Shown: in pieces, positions 1 to 12,476 of the stretch | How positions within the stretch are numbered: the first letter of the stretch is position 1 | Layout: the number at the start of each line of letters is the position of its first letter | DNA from: Amphiscolops sp. MND2022 | Lineage: Eukaryota | Length of the DNA stretch: 64,000 bases | Reading direction: 5' to 3' | Assembly (NCBI GenBank): GCA_964187785.1 | Contig: OZ076411.1 | Span: 37,820,001 to 37,884,000 of the forward strand | The notes under the pieces: generated by a model | The model's input: the letters and a program-made list of their open reading frames with translations, nothing else | What the model was told of the DNA's origin: nothing | The model's database searches: none | Made by a program: the position numbers and the translations under genes

Positions 1-205
1 CACTCCATTCGATCCCTGCAATTCGATCAAAAGGTTCGACCTCTGTCCTTTCGACCAGAAAAATTCGACCTGTTTACAGCCACCCGTTGTTCAAGATAGT
101 TTGATAAACCAGTAACCCATTTCAGGCACTTCATGTTGAATAATTCCAATTTACGTCTGTAAATCAATGAAGGGTACCATATTTGGGAACCATATAGCAA
201 GACAC

Positions 206-238
206 TCAGTACACAAAGACGATAGTAGTCAGAGCACC

Positions 239-277
<39 letters not shown>

Positions 278-2590
278 ATAGTAAAGTAGCTTTGTACGGG
301 TACAAACATTTCGAGGCAGGTTTTGTTTCAAAAACTGGAAAGACTTCCTAGCTGCAATTAATTTAGATTGAATGTGCTTGTCCCAGGATAAGTTGTCAGA
401 AACCATGATACCCAAGTCTTTGATAGTATTTACAACTGGTAGTTCGTTGCCATCCAGGAAGAACGGGCCTATTGATTCTCTATTTTTGAAAGAGATAACG
501 TTGCTTTTGTCAATATTGAATCTCTTTAGGTTTTCGCCCGACCAGTAAAGAAAACCGTTTATATCGTGCTGCATATCAGATGTTGTCAAGACTGAATGAA
601 GTTTACTGTCATCGGCAAACAAGTAACTCGAGGATGTTTGTACTGTTTTGGGTAGATCGTTAATAAAGATAAGAAATAGAAGGGGGCCGAGCACGCTCCC
701 CTGAGGAACACCACTTGTAATTTTTGCAGAATCAGAAAGACACCCATTTACGTATACCTTTTGAGATCTTTGATTTAGATAGGATTTGAAAAGCACCAAG
801 AAGTCGGTGTCAAAATTGAAAGCAGCCAATTTCTGTAGGACTTTGTGATGAGAGACCAGGTCAAATGCTTTGGAAAAATCAAAATAGACTGAGAAGCTGG
901 GTCCATTCACATCAAGTTGATGATACAATTGGTAGAAGTAAGGGAGTAATTGCGTAACTGTTGAACGATTTCTCAAGAAACCATGTTGTTGATCACAAAT
1001 CAAGGGTCGTATTTGGGGATAAATGAAACGAAACATAATTTTTTCAAGAATTAAGGTTAGTTGAGGCAAATTGCTTATTGGACGATAATTTTCCACATTT
1101 TCGGGGTTCCCAGATTTGAGAATTGGCTTTATGGTAGAACATTTCCAGAAATCAGGCCACTGTTTTGATTTGATAATGGTATTAAAAAGCTGGGTGACAA
1201 GAGGTGCTAGTAGCCCAGGACAGGAGTTAAAAACGAACGTGGGAATGGGATCAGAGCTCGAACAATTAAAGGATGCACTGGAAAGTAATGCTTCAACCAT
1301 CGAAATTTCGACTGTCATATCCTGCAGAAACACTAGTGGATTTTCAGCTATTGGTAAGAATGTTGAGTTGCTTGTTTGGTATACAGAGCTGAAGTAGGAA
1401 TTGAAGAGGTTAGCGATGTGAATATTGGTGCTAGCTTTGATATGTTTACAATGCATCTGGTTAGGTAATTGATTAGGAGAGAAAGAGCGCAGGTACTTGA
1501 AGCAAGAGCGAGTCGAATTGGGTGATAGACTGTCAATCAAGATAGTTTTGTCCAGTTCAATAGAATTTTGTATGTCGTCCTTCAACTTCTTTTGATATGT
1601 TGGTTCATAATTGTTTTTGGCAGCTGTGCGGAGCTTATTAATCATATTTATAGAGTGAGAGGAAAAGAAATATGGAAACTCAAGTCTCCTGTTAGTTTTG
1701 CGATGACAGGATGCATTGATTGCATTCATAAGCACTTGATACCAGAAGGCAACATAATCGTCAAAAGAGAATTGAAGAAAACTGGAGTTAGGGAAGCTCA
1801 GAAGATCATTGTAGTGAGAAGAAAGATTTTGATTGAAGCAGTGAGTGGAGAATGAAGAAGCTGAATAGTTTGATGTTGTTTGAGAACTTTGGTTGGACAA
1901 GGGCTTAGGTAAGGAAAACCATGCAAAAACAGCAAAGTGATCCGAGTACAGACTATCATCCACACAAACAGTAAAAAGTTCTGGAGTTGAAGTCAACATG
2001 ATATCGAGTATGCTTCCGGACATGTCAGTTGGTTCGAAAACAAGTGGCAGGAGATTTAAACTTTCGACTTTTTCCAATATTGCTTTAGAGTAATCAGAGT
2101 GTGCAGTGATTGTTGCCCAACAGACGTCCACCAAGTTAATGTCACCAAGGATTGTGAAAGAATTCGAAGATACAAGATCGTCGTTGAAGTATCAGGAAAT
2201 GCAGTCTATTAGTGAATCTGCTTGAATACGGTATGGAGAATTTGTGGGCGGGTTATAAATCAGTAGAAACATGTGAGAGCTGTATTCGTCAAATAAGTAG
2301 ATGGCAGTTGAGTAGTCGTTTAGCTTTGAAACTTCTGAATGATTGAATTGAAGTCCTTTTTTGGTAGCTATCAAAACCCCACCATGTTCCCCGGTTAATC
2401 GATCTTGTCTGGAGATTGTTGTATAATTGCTTTTTGGTGGAAAAATTTCAGAATCGTTGATAGATGGATAGAGCCAAGTTTCAGTTAGAAAGATGATATC
2501 TGGGGAATGAAGACTGAGATAATTCAGAAGTTTGAGGCGTTGCGAAACATCGATAAGGTTTTGGACATTGATAAGGCAAGATTTGATTTG
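206..2590 (-). pseudogene. LINE ORF2 (APE endonuclease + reverse transcriptase), lightly disabled
   Basis: APE frame is in frame with the 206-2134 ORF across a TGA at 2192-2194; the C-terminus is broken by the insertion at 228-276. Confidence 0.88.
228..276 (+). repeat. 49-bp insertion: 12-bp unique head + (AGT)n tail, 7-bp TSD
   Basis: GATAGTA at 221-227 and 277-283; removing the insert and one copy restores the minus-strand reading KLLYYRLCVL. Confidence 0.8.
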
Positions 2591-2758
2591 CAGTCAATTT
2601 TGCAAGTTGACCTCAACACCATTTCTCATAAGTTTCAGACCTTTGATTCGCAGTTCTTCTTTTGGGACGTTTTCATTGTTAATCATTTGATATCTTTTTT
2701 CAAACAGTTTACGTCTCGTTGCTTGGTCTTCCTTATTTAGCGATTTAGAAAAGTAGAG

Positions 2759-3373
2759 TTACACAGGGTATGATTTCAGTTTGTACGCTTTCGATACACT
2801 TTTGCGAGCATCCCATTCAGAGGTAAAACGTACAAGCAGGGGCCTGGGTCTTTTTGAATCACGCCGAGGACGTCCAAGTCGACGGGTTGTTTCAATGGAT
2901 AACATGGGTTCACCAATAGGGGAGATCTCCTTCAATTTAAAGTCATCAGCTTCAAAAGAGGAGTGAAAGTTACCCTTATCCTCAACAAGGCCAATTATTA
3001 GAATCTCACGACAAGTGGGTTCTCCACTAGGGGGAGCTTTTGGCACTTTATGGGCAGGTTCAAGTTTTGTTTTAATTTTATCAAGAGAATTTTGAATTGA
3101 TTTAACTGAGATTTTAAGTTCTTTCTTAGCATTCAAAGAATTCAACTTAGCTTCGGATGTGAAAACATCATCGTTGTGGCAAACACTACAGATCCAGAGA
3201 CACCCTCTGATTCTGCCCATCACAGTGACATCATCTTGAGAGAGACCAGCACATGAGCAGCCATGATGCCAAACACCACAAGAGTCACAAGCAATGCCAG
3301 ACGGGTCCTCATCCTTCACCATTTTCTTGCAGGATCCACACTTGGATGTCGACGTAGATGTTTTGTTTGTCAT
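2759..3373 (-). CDS. LINE ORF1 protein with PHD finger
   Basis: CGSC..CDSCGVWHH..C...W.CSVC, then coiled region and RRLGR...RPRPLLVRF typical of CR1/L2 ORF1; upstream of ORF2 on the same strand. Confidence 0.85.
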   Translation of the reverse strand: MTNKTSTSTSKCGSCKKMVKDEDPSGIACDSCGVWHHGCSCAGLSQDDVTVMGRIRGCLWICSVCHNDDVFTSEAKLNSLNAKKELKISVKSIQNSLDKIKTKLEPAHKVPKAPPSGEPTCREILIIGLVEDKGNFHSSFEADDFKLKEISPIGEPMLSIETTRRLGRPRRDSKRPRPLLVRFTSEWDARKSVSKAYKLKSYPV

Positions 3374-3819
3374 TTCACCGGAAACTATTTATTAAGTTTA
3401 TCACAACAATTAGGATCTCCAACAAGTACTCTCGCCAGCAACTTTTTTCCCAATTCTACCATGTTGCAACTTTACACCCGAATGACCAAGGCTTTTCTAC
3501 AGATTCAACCACCAAAAAGAATTGTAGTTAGTGTTGGACCGGTTGCTAGGATAATCAGAATTGGATCGTCATCATCAATCAGCGTTTTAAAAAAACGCTT
3601 CTTTATTCATCATGTGCCCCCAGCCCGGGCGACAGACAAAAAACTCCAACCAAGATAGGAAACAAAAAGAATTGAGAAACAAGATCATGCAACCTGAGAG
3701 TTCAATGGATCGAGGACAAATCAATTCAGAAACACAATGAGGCTCGTGAAAAGGTAACGATTATGAAGCAAAGAACACATAAACTTCTTGATTAAACAAA
3801 ACGGTCATTAAACACAGAT

Positions 3820-5100
3820 TTACAAGTAGTAAAGTTCGCTTAAGTGGTCTTCGTCCCGAACCGTTCGAACTACACTGGCCGCATTGCCTTCCTAGATTGC
3901 GAGAGAGAGCCTCTGCGTGAAAAACGACCCGGCTCTATTTTCCTTGTTGAACACGCACAATTCTTTTACACAGGTTCTTCAAGAACGTGGATGTGGAAGG
4001 TCCGACTCCTCCCTGAATTTCAAAGGCTAAGGGTTGGAAGATGTATCCTTTGTCAGTCAAACAAACGTACTTAGCTGTTTTCAATTCCTCTGCATCCTCA
4101 GCGGCTGTGCCTGGGTTGGCAACAGATCCGTTCTCTATTCTGCTAGGGGCAAGAAGATCGACACTAGTAACATCCCAAACTAGTTGCTTGCCTTCCTCCC
4201 AGGGCGCAAGGGTAATTCCGTCTGGGCGCTTTCCGTCTGTTCGGATCAATCTATTTGGTTCCAGAATTGAGGGAACTTGATGGAACTCAGGGCCTGTTTC
4301 ACTAGAGTATAAAGGTTGTGGTGCCTTGAGAAAAGTCCCGCGCTTCTGGCACAGGAAAGACCATGATGGCCACCCTCTTCGACAGGTTTACCACAACGGC
4401 AAGTGTGTTTCTCGCAAATTTTCGCGCCGAGGCGAAGGGATAACGAGATGCGCAGTTGCTGATGTGTCAACTTCAGATCGAGATTTTTGCTTGGTACAAC
4501 ATTCAGTCAAGCGGAACCAAAGGGATCTTGGTAAGCGTTCAATCGTTTGACAATTTCCACATCAAGGTCTGTTATAAGTTGATCAAAAGTAGCATCACTC
4601 AAAGGAGACGTCCAATGTTTTTGGATGAAGTCCGACGGTGCTTCTGATAGGTTCGCCTTCGTCAGCCACAAATTTATTGCCTTTTCAAACGATGCATCAA
4701 CATAGTCTTCCGGAAGGATACAAGACAGAGCATATTTGGCGCCCGTTGCTGAAGCTAAAAAAGCAGGAAGAGCAATCTGGTAAGCCGATGCAATGCCTAT
4801 GCCCCCTTTGGAGACTGGGAGAATCGCCTGAGTATAGCTGCTTTCATTAAAATTGACATTACAGATTTTGGACAATGTTTGGCGTATAATGGAATCATAT
4901 TGCTGTAACAGATCCTACTCTTCAAAGCAAGGGCTGGTGCGAAGAAAGTACAGTAGTTTGGGTAGACTGAAACAGTTCTTCAACAGGTAGAAACCATAGT
5001 TGGCGTCTAATTTCGTAACAACTTCAGAGAGTCTATGCAATTCAATCAATTTTTGTTCAACAGGACTCGACGAGCATTTGCGCCCATTGGCGACCCTAAA
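3820..5100 (-). mobile_element. 5'-truncated CRE-like non-LTR retrotransposon (RT C-terminus + zinc knuckle + restriction-like endonuclease), degenerate
   Basis: QAILPVSKGGIGI; CRCG...GHHGLSC...RHH; DGKRPDG..PWEEGKQLVWDVT; terminal QRLSLAI*EGNAASV; several frameshifts. Confidence 0.85.
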
Positions 5101-5878
5101 ATTTCCAAATTCTCATGATCCTCTACTTTGACACCCGGGCAATTTTCTTCAAAAAGCGTTTTTATTCTCTTTTTGAGCTTTTGGTACATTTTCCGAGGAA
5201 TTGCATTTTCCGAGGAATTATATCATGCTACGATAAAATTATTGAATTAAAGGAAATTATTTTTGCGTGTTATGCTTTGCATTTTTGTTGTATGAATCGG
5301 TTGCTTCGCCTCTCTCGCCAAGTATTACACAGAGGACAATATTGTTAAAATAACATCAATTTTACAGCCCCAAGAAATAACGGAAGGGGTACGCATAAGT
5401 CTCGAAAACCATTTTCCCCAACTGGAAACGGTGCCGCCTTAGAACAAATGAAATAGGACTAATTGGAATAGGACTAAAACAACTTTTGGTGCGCAAAGTT
5501 TGCAATTACCTAGATCAAATTGAAAAAATCGCATGTTCAATTGTAAACATAGAACATGAAAGTAGTACAACAAAAAACGCTCAAGCGGATAAAAACATGG
5601 TACAAAAAGCAAATTGGAAACGTGGAACTCGAAAGTAGTACAAAAGTAACATAAAACAAATAATCAACATATTTTTTTCGATGCACATGGCACTTGATTG
5701 ATGACGGAGATCCATGATATCTGATAGAGAAAAAAAATCAACATAAAATTGATAGTTATATATTTTTTCCCATTGATTTTATAGAATAGTCAGATCTCAA
5801 ATAATTTCATTCAAGAATAAAATTTTACCTTTCGTAAATGTCTCACCAAGTTTTCACTACTTTACTCTTCTAATTTGA

Positions 5879-6055
5879 GGCATATTCGGTGTATGCACGC
5901 TAGCCCTCACCGTCACAAAGACACGCTCCCACTACAATCGCATCGCGATCTCCGTTCCCGCTAGGTCTTTGCTCCTGTTCGACCTCCCTCAGCAAGATGG
6001 GAACATAAGCGGCCCCAGGGGCCGCGGGGCACCAGAGAAAATGGGGCACGTTTTA
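5879..6055. repeat. Dispersed repeat family A, GC-rich core, copy 1
   Basis: CGGTGTATGCACGCT...GAACATAAGCGGCCCCAGGGGCCGCGGGGCAC also at 7979 and 11960; contains hairpin GCGGCCCC/GGGGCCGC. Confidence 0.85.
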
Positions 6056-6399
6056 TAATTTATATCACTTTTTAGTTTTAGATCCTAAACGATTCATTTT
6101 TTTCCAATTTAATTTGTTTTTACCGTTTCTCAGTCGTATTTCGATGACTTTATGATATTTTGGGCGTTTTTTCTGGATTTTTTATGTTATTCCTTTTTTC
6201 CGACGTATTTGCATAGTTTGTTGATATTTTGGACGTTTTTTTATTTAGGTACAAGTACCCATCAGACACTTAGACTTTTGCTCGTATTCCGTGGCCTTCG
6301 ATTATTTCATAGTTCATTCCTAAAAACTAGAGCAAGGGAAGAACTTTTCAGCACAAGTAGCAATATTTCCAAATCGGGAATAACATCTAAAAAACGGGA

Positions 6400-6490
6400 T
6401 TAACGTCTAAGTCTTTAGACGTTACTCCTGAAAAATGAGTAAAATTTAGACGTTATTCCTTTAGACGTTATTCCTTAGACGGTATTCCCG
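6400..6490. repeat. Short tandem array of TTAGACGTTATTCC-like units
   Basis: About five imperfect copies visible. Confidence 0.6.
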
Positions 6491-6759
6491 CCCCTAGGGA
6501 ATTTACACTTATAGCCATCGGGGAACTAATCCAAAGAAAGAAATCACAACGAGGAATACCTTTCGAACGCTCCATTATTTCTTCGATTCTCTTTTTTAGT
6601 CGGTGCTTCATGAAGTGAAACGCGACTATTATAGTGACTCTTTTTTTCTATCCACACGAACTGACCAAAATAGTTATTTAAAGTTCTACCAAATATTATG
6701 GTGTCAAATTGCACCATTTGGCCTAGCGAACTGGATCAAAAAGGTTTTCCTTGTTTTTC

Positions 6760-7285
6760 CGCGTACCATACCATACCGGGAAACACCAAAGGGTCCCCCC
6801 TTTCAATTTGTTTCGGCACTGCGAGACATTTTTTTCAGAAAATTTTTTCCCCAAAGTGTCCCCCCTGCACTTTTTTTGATGTTTTGCGACAGAATGGATG
6901 TTGAAAAATCCCAAAGGGCCCCCCTTTTCAGTTTTTTTCGGCATTCTGAGATTTTTTCCCAAAAATAAATTTTTTCTTCAATTTTTTTATGTTTTGCGAC
7001 AGAATGGATGTTGAAAAACCTCAAAGGGTCCCCCCTTTCAGTTTTTCGACATTGTGAGACTTTTAAAAAAAATTTTTCTCCAAAGGGTCCCCCTTTCAAC
7101 TGCGACAAAAATGTTGACAATTTCGGAAGTGTTCCCCGTTTAGCACGCCAGTCCCGGCGCGCCACTCGGTCCATTTTTTGCCTTTTCGATTTTCGAGTAC
7201 TGTAAATTGACACTTGGGAAGTCCTTTTGCTATTTTTGAGCCTCGGATATGGCACCGACTTGGGCCGGTCCCGGCTTGTTTTCAT
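6760..7285. repeat. Dispersed repeat family B with ~120-bp internal subunits (unclassified)
   Basis: Repeated GTTTTGCGACAGAATGGATGTTGAAAAA and AAGGGTCCCCC; reverse-complement relatives at ~9340-9790; the end at 7225-7280 matches 23886-23935 in inverted orientation. Confidence 0.75.
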
Positions 7286-7774
7286 TCTGAGATACCCGTG
7301 TTGACGTCCCATGCATTTCCAAGCATGATCATGTAAATTCCATTTTTATCATGCATGATCACCCATGGTCCATGCATGTTCCAAGCATGGAATTGTGTTT
7401 TTCGGGAAAATTTCGAAATCCAAAAAAATCAAGACGTTAAGTTTTGCGCTCCACACAGTAGGAAAACCACTCGAAAGAATGTCTGAAGCCAATATTCCGT
7501 TTGTGTGTAATATAATTCAAATTTTTATTTTAGACCTTATTCCACAAAAATACAGCGACTTTTCGGTTAGCAAGATGAGAACATAAGCGGCCCAAGATAG
7601 TATTCTTTAGATTCAGTTCTTCCCTTGGGTCTCACTCTGCATTTTAGGTCTTTTTTCCACTTTCTTAGCACTAATTCCCGTAACAAATTAGTTCTAATTC
7701 CCGTTTTTAGTTCCAATTCCCGCTACAAATTAATTCTAATTCCTGTTTGAGAAAATACGAAATTAGTGCATTAG

Positions 7775-8250
7775 GTCCAGTTTGTGGAATACCAAATTGT
7801 AGAATTCTACAAACTGGTACTAGGTGGTCCAGTTTGTAGAATTTTTTTTTACAAACTGGATCATTGAATTCTACAAACTGGATTTTTAAATGCTACGAAC
7901 TGGACATTCTTCAAGCAAGATGCTGAGAGCTCCATTGCCTAAGATCCAAAGGAATAAGATATAAAAACTGAAATGTATGGCATATCCGGTGTATGCACGC
8001 TCGCCTTGACCGTCGCAAAGACCAACTCCCACTACGATTGCTTCGCGATCTCCGTTCCCGCTAGGTCTTTGCTCCTGTTCGACTTTGCTTAGCATGATGA
8101 GAACATAAGCGGCCCCAAGGGGCCGCGGGGCACTACAGGCAATGGGGACATATCTGAGGCACGTTTTAAACTTTGCATCATTCCTTCATTATTGGTCTTA
8201 TTGTTTTTCTTCAATGCCAGAATTCTACAGACTGGTATTCTACAAACTGG
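7775..8250. repeat. Repeat family A copy 2: GC-rich core flanked by CCAGTTTGTAG/CTACAAACTGG arrays
   Basis: Core 7979-8215; 11-mer arrays in both orientations at 7775-7885, 8218-8250 and after the hAT insert at 9118-9180. Confidence 0.8.
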
Positions 8251-8257
8251 TCCTAGC

Positions 8258-9110
8258 CAGGGTTTTCGATCCCAATTCGATTTTCGATTCCGATTCCCGA
8301 TTCTCAAGCGCTCGATTCTCGATTCCCGATTCCAAACTTTTTGAATTCGATTTTCGATTCCCGATTCCGATTCACAGGGCGGCGATTCCGATTAATCCAG
8401 GGTCCAAGACAACAAACGGGTCGATTCCGATTCTTTTTTTTTGAGAAAGATGCACTACAGACTTTTTCATGGATTTGTTTTTTTTCAAAAATTAAGAAAT
8501 CACTTTGTTTAATTTGTTTTTATTTTTAAGATTCAAGAAATGTCCGAAACTGACAACCAACATGATGTGGCTGTGGTCTATGAATACAAAATTGAGAAAT
8601 GTCATTCGTGGTCGTCACAATTTTTGGTTGAATATAAAAATGGGCAAAAGACAGAATATCGGAAATGTGTGAAATGTAACAGTTGCATTAAAAGCCTCGA
8701 TTCTTCTACTTCTGCTATGACGAAGCATGCTGGGAAATGCACAGGAAAGCGAAAAGCAACAGCGGATCAGTCGCAAATTCAGTACGTCATCCAAGCCGAC
8801 TGAAAAGTTGTCGAAACCGGGATTGCCTCAAGTAGCCAAACTCGTGTACGCGGACAAAATTCCCATCAACTAATTTGTTGCTACTAAATCGCAATAAATT
8901 GTTTTCCCGCAAGTAATTCCACTTGTTTTTGATCATTTTTGCTTGATTTGAATAATTTAGGTTGTCATAATTTTTGTTTTTTGTTGCCGAGTTAATCGTA
9001 GTTATATAATTATAACCATGTTTAGGTAATAATACATTCGATTCGATTCCAATTCAGATTTGCTTGGCATTCGATTCCCATTCTGTAATGTTAAGGAATC
9101 AAAAACCCTG
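8258..9110 (+). mobile_element. Non-autonomous (internally deleted) hAT transposon, 853 bp
   Basis: TIR CAGGGTTTTCGATCCC vs reverse complement CAGGGTTTTTGATTCC; 8-bp TSD GTCCTAGC at 8250-8257 and 9111-9118; subterminal CGATTC arrays. Confidence 0.93.
8540..8803 (+). pseudogene. BED-finger-like N-terminal remnant of a hAT transposase
   Basis: W..F...CVKC....STSAMTKH...C inside the hAT element; no catalytic domain follows. Confidence 0.7.
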
Positions 9111-9847
9111 GTCCTAGCCAGTTTGTAGAACCCAGTTTGTAGAAAAAAAATCTACAGACTGGACACAGACTGGTTCCAAACCAAATTACTCCAATTTCAC
9201 ATGAACGTTTCAGACATTTTGAGCATGTTAGTCCTATTTCCATTAGTTCTATATCTTTAGTCCGATTTCTGTTTCCCCCATGGAAACAAAAAACCCTTCT
9301 TTCTCAACCGAAAACCTTTCAGAAAATAAAAAAATATTTTTTCGAAATCTTTCGAAAAAGTGTTCTGAAGAAGGTCTCCGGTAAGTTGCTTAGTCCCGAA
9401 AACCCTGCGGAGTCCTTTATGCTCGCAAATTGTTTCGTTTCTAGAAAAATTGATGTGAGGGCTTCGATGAAAACAAACAAGAAATAAGTCGCATAGAAGA
9501 AACGGTCTTTAAAAATAAAACAAAATCCGGAAATAGCGTGCTGGGCCTGAGAAAACCTACTTTTAAGACAAAAATTATGCGTTTTGAAAAATATCATAAT
9601 GCAGAAAACTGTAAAGGGGGCCTTTGAGAATTTTTAACATCCATTCTGTCACAAAATTCCCTTTCGGATTTTTTTAACGAAAGGGAAAAAAGATACCTTT
9701 TCGGATATTTCAAACATTCGTTCTGTTGCAAAACATCAAAAAAAGGAAGGAGGACTCTGGAGTTATCAAAACCTTTTCGAAAAAAAGTCTCAACAAGCCG
9801 AAAAAGTGAGAAACTCCTGGTTCGGAAGTATTGTAAAAAAATTAGCG

Positions 9848-9915
9848 AAGACGCACGGATTCGAACACGAATCCTCTGGTTTGAGAAGCCAGAATCTTAC
9901 CACTAGACAACGAAC
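9848..9915 (-). pseudogene. tRNA-derived sequence (tRNA-Glu(CTC)-like pseudogene or SINE head)
   Basis: Minus strand GTTGTCTAGTGGT (A box), CTGGC-TTCTCAA-ACCAG anticodon arm, GTTCGAATC (B box); acceptor stem does not pair; abuts (CAGA)n. Confidence 0.65.
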
Positions 9916-10329
9916 AGACAGACAGACAGACAGAGAAACTTGAAGTATGTTCATCTAAACATAACTAGAATAAGATGCACCAAATATCACATTTAACAAC
10001 AATAGCATTTCAGGAAACGAGCACAAGTGTTTCTATCATAAAAGTTCAAGAAATAGCTCCAAAAACTTTTCTTAGTTCCTTTTTGAAGTCATATTTGCTC
10101 AGCTTGAAGTTTAGATCATAGTTTGCTTGAAAAAAAGTCGCTAATTTCGCGCCTGTCGTGAAGAAAATTGTTTCGGTAGTTTGCCATCGGTTTGGTTTTT
10201 GTTGTATGAAGTAAGTTGTGAGACGAAGTTGGTAGTTGAACGTGTATTTTCTCACATCGAGCAGCTCATCAATGTTCATGCTGGAACTTGAACTCATCAT
10301 ATAGTGCAAGAAGATGATGTCAGACAGCT

Positions 10330-11420
10330 GAAACAAAAGCGAAATCGGCAAAAGAATTAAATGAATCAAACTACTTTTTAAGATGTCTCACGAGACATCC
10401 ACCTGGTAACAGAGCTCGCAATGTTTTGAGCTTCTCAATATTTGTCTTATTTGGGAACCAAATTCGAGAGCCATTTATTAGCAATGGTTGAATGTAGGTT
10501 TCGTAAGCAAAAGCTTTTTGTTGACTTGAGATAAGCTTTGGCAGACTTCTTTTGAGATTGATCAAACGGCCGTAGGCCTCATGTATCTCTTTTTTAAATA
10601 TCAGGGTCCAGGAGAAGGTTGAACCAAAACGGATACTGAGATCTTTGACCGGTTCGAAGATGAGTGAACCGTCTTCATCCTCAAAGACTAATATTGGTTG
10701 TTCTTCTACATCTGGCTTCTTCAAAGAGAACCATATGAGCTTTGTTTTATCTGCAGTAAAATCCATTTTTTTCAAATGCCTGATCATGTAGTCGAATCAA
10801 TTTGAAGTTCATAAGTGCGATTCCTTGTTATCTTTGTATCATCTGCTGATCTGAGAACGTGAGACTTTGTGCAGCATTCTGGTAGATCAATAATGAAAAC
10901 AATGGATAATAGACACCCCAAAATTGAGCCTTGCGGGAATCCACTTGTAATTTTTTTAAACTCTGAGGCATAATTATTGACGATTACCCTATTATTGACG
11001 AGCATTAATTATTGACGAGAATATTGTCTTCGATTTTGGAGGTAAAAACAGCAACTTCAAAATGTTACCACTAATGCCGAAGTTTGTAATTTTTTCAGAA
11101 GTAGTTGATGACATACTCCTTCAAATGCATTTGAGAAGACCAGATACTACGTATAAATAACTTGTCTACTTTCAAAAGCACTGAAGATGTTTTAACTGGA
11201 CGAGGAGTTGAGTTGATATAGACTTCCATTTCGGAAAACCATGTTGGTTTTCAAAAATTTGAGACTCCACAATTGGATACAGCATTGAGAACAGTAACCT
11301 CTCAAAGATAAGGGACAGTTTTGATAGACTGGCAACTCGCCTGAACCATTGGACTTGCGGGCTGAAAGTAGATAATTGTCGCGCAGAATAAAAGCACCCG
11401 CACTTTCCCATAACACTTGC
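10330..11420 (-). pseudogene. Degenerate CR1/L2-like reverse transcriptase fragment
   Basis: SKLSLIFERLL, NQHGF, TSGFPQGSILG, ADDTKI, KDLSI, YETYIQPLL.NGSRIW across several frames. Confidence 0.85.
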
Positions 11421-11839
11421 TTATCGCATGTGTATATATTGAAAAATGGCCAAATAGAACGTCGCTCTCCTTCGCTTCTGCTTTAGGGCACTAGGGTAAT
11501 GCGAACAGAGTTGACTAGGTTATATTAATTTTGAGAAAATCAGCCACGTATTTTCAACTTAGTGATTTTAGCCCAATGATGTTTAGCCCAGCGACCATTT
11601 ACAAAAGACAGTTGGCCTAAAAAACTAAGCCGTGAGCAAAAACTATAAGCCAAATGACTTTCAGTCAAGTAACAATTTACCGTAATGAACTGCGATTTCG
11701 CATCATATTCAGCGTCCTATTTGAGAACCACTGATCACATCAGGTGAGTATTCGAGAAAAAGTGTGTGTAAATAAAGCGATGTGTCCGAAATGAGGTTGC
11801 ATTTATTATCAAATTTATATGAAGTGGTGATGAAATAGG

Positions 11840-12370
11840 TACAGTTTGTAGAATATCAGTTTGAAGAATTCTTCAAACTGGACTACCTTCACACAAGATC
11901 CTGTGAGCTCCACCGCCTAATATCTAAAGTAATAAGATTTAAAGGAATAAGATATGTGGGGCAAATCCGGTGTATGCACGCTCGCCCTCACCGTCGCAAA
12001 GACCAGCTCCCACTACGATCACTTCGCGATTTCCGTTCCCGATAGGTGTTTGCTCCTGCTCGAACTTGCTCTGGAAGATGGGAACATAAGCGGTCCCAAG
12101 GGGCCGCGGAGCACTGGAGGAAATGGGGACTTATCCGAGTCACGTTTTATACCTTGCATTCCTACATTATTGGTCTTATTGTTTTTCTTCTTGAATTGAT
12201 ATTTTACAAACTCGATCCTACAAACTGTTTTTCTACAAACTGGTCGATTTTTCCACAAACTGGTTGTAAAAACAATACCATGGTCCAGTTTGTCGAAAAA
12301 AATTCTACTAACTGGACTTCTTTTTTCAACAGACTGATTCTACAAACTGGTTTACTACAAACTGGTTCCA
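11840..12370. repeat. Repeat family A copy 3 with flanking 11-mer arrays
   Basis: Core 11960-12190 homologous to copies 1 and 2; CTACAAACTGG arrays at 11840-11885 and 12205-12370. Confidence 0.8.
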
Positions 12371-12476
12371 TACCGTGGTGATGTTCAACAATGACTGACT
12401 GTTTCATCCGGGTGTACGACTTGGCAATGAGCTCTGCACTTTTAATAAAATTAGCGTAAAAATTGGTGAGTTTCGA

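Larger units (their letters stand above)
1..3420 (-). mobile_element. CR1/L2-type non-LTR retrotransposon (ORF1 + APE-RT ORF2), running off the left edge of the window
   Basis: ORF1 with PHD finger; APE motifs IIFLTETWL and RQDR..HGGVLIA (~2360-2590) and ILGDINL (~2140); RT motifs YRPISNL, QHGF, DFSKAFD, GVPQGSVLGP, FADD; C-terminal YYRLCVLSVLLYGSQIW continues at 27-220. Confidence 0.92.

Noticed and set aside
9271-9287. GTTTCC-CCCAT-GGAAAC as an X-box
   Set aside because: Spacer of 5 exceeds the 0-3 consensus, and it lies in repeat DNA.
11960-12050. Repeat A core reads REVIVVGAGLCDG on the minus strand, resembling a Rossmann GxGxxG motif
   Set aside because: Spacing is off by one, stops occur in some copies, and no downstream fold follows; likely chance.
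12205-12370. CTACAAACTGG arrays as a CRISPR-like array
   Set aside because: Units are 11 bp, in both orientations, with irregular spacing; eukaryotic context and no cas genes.
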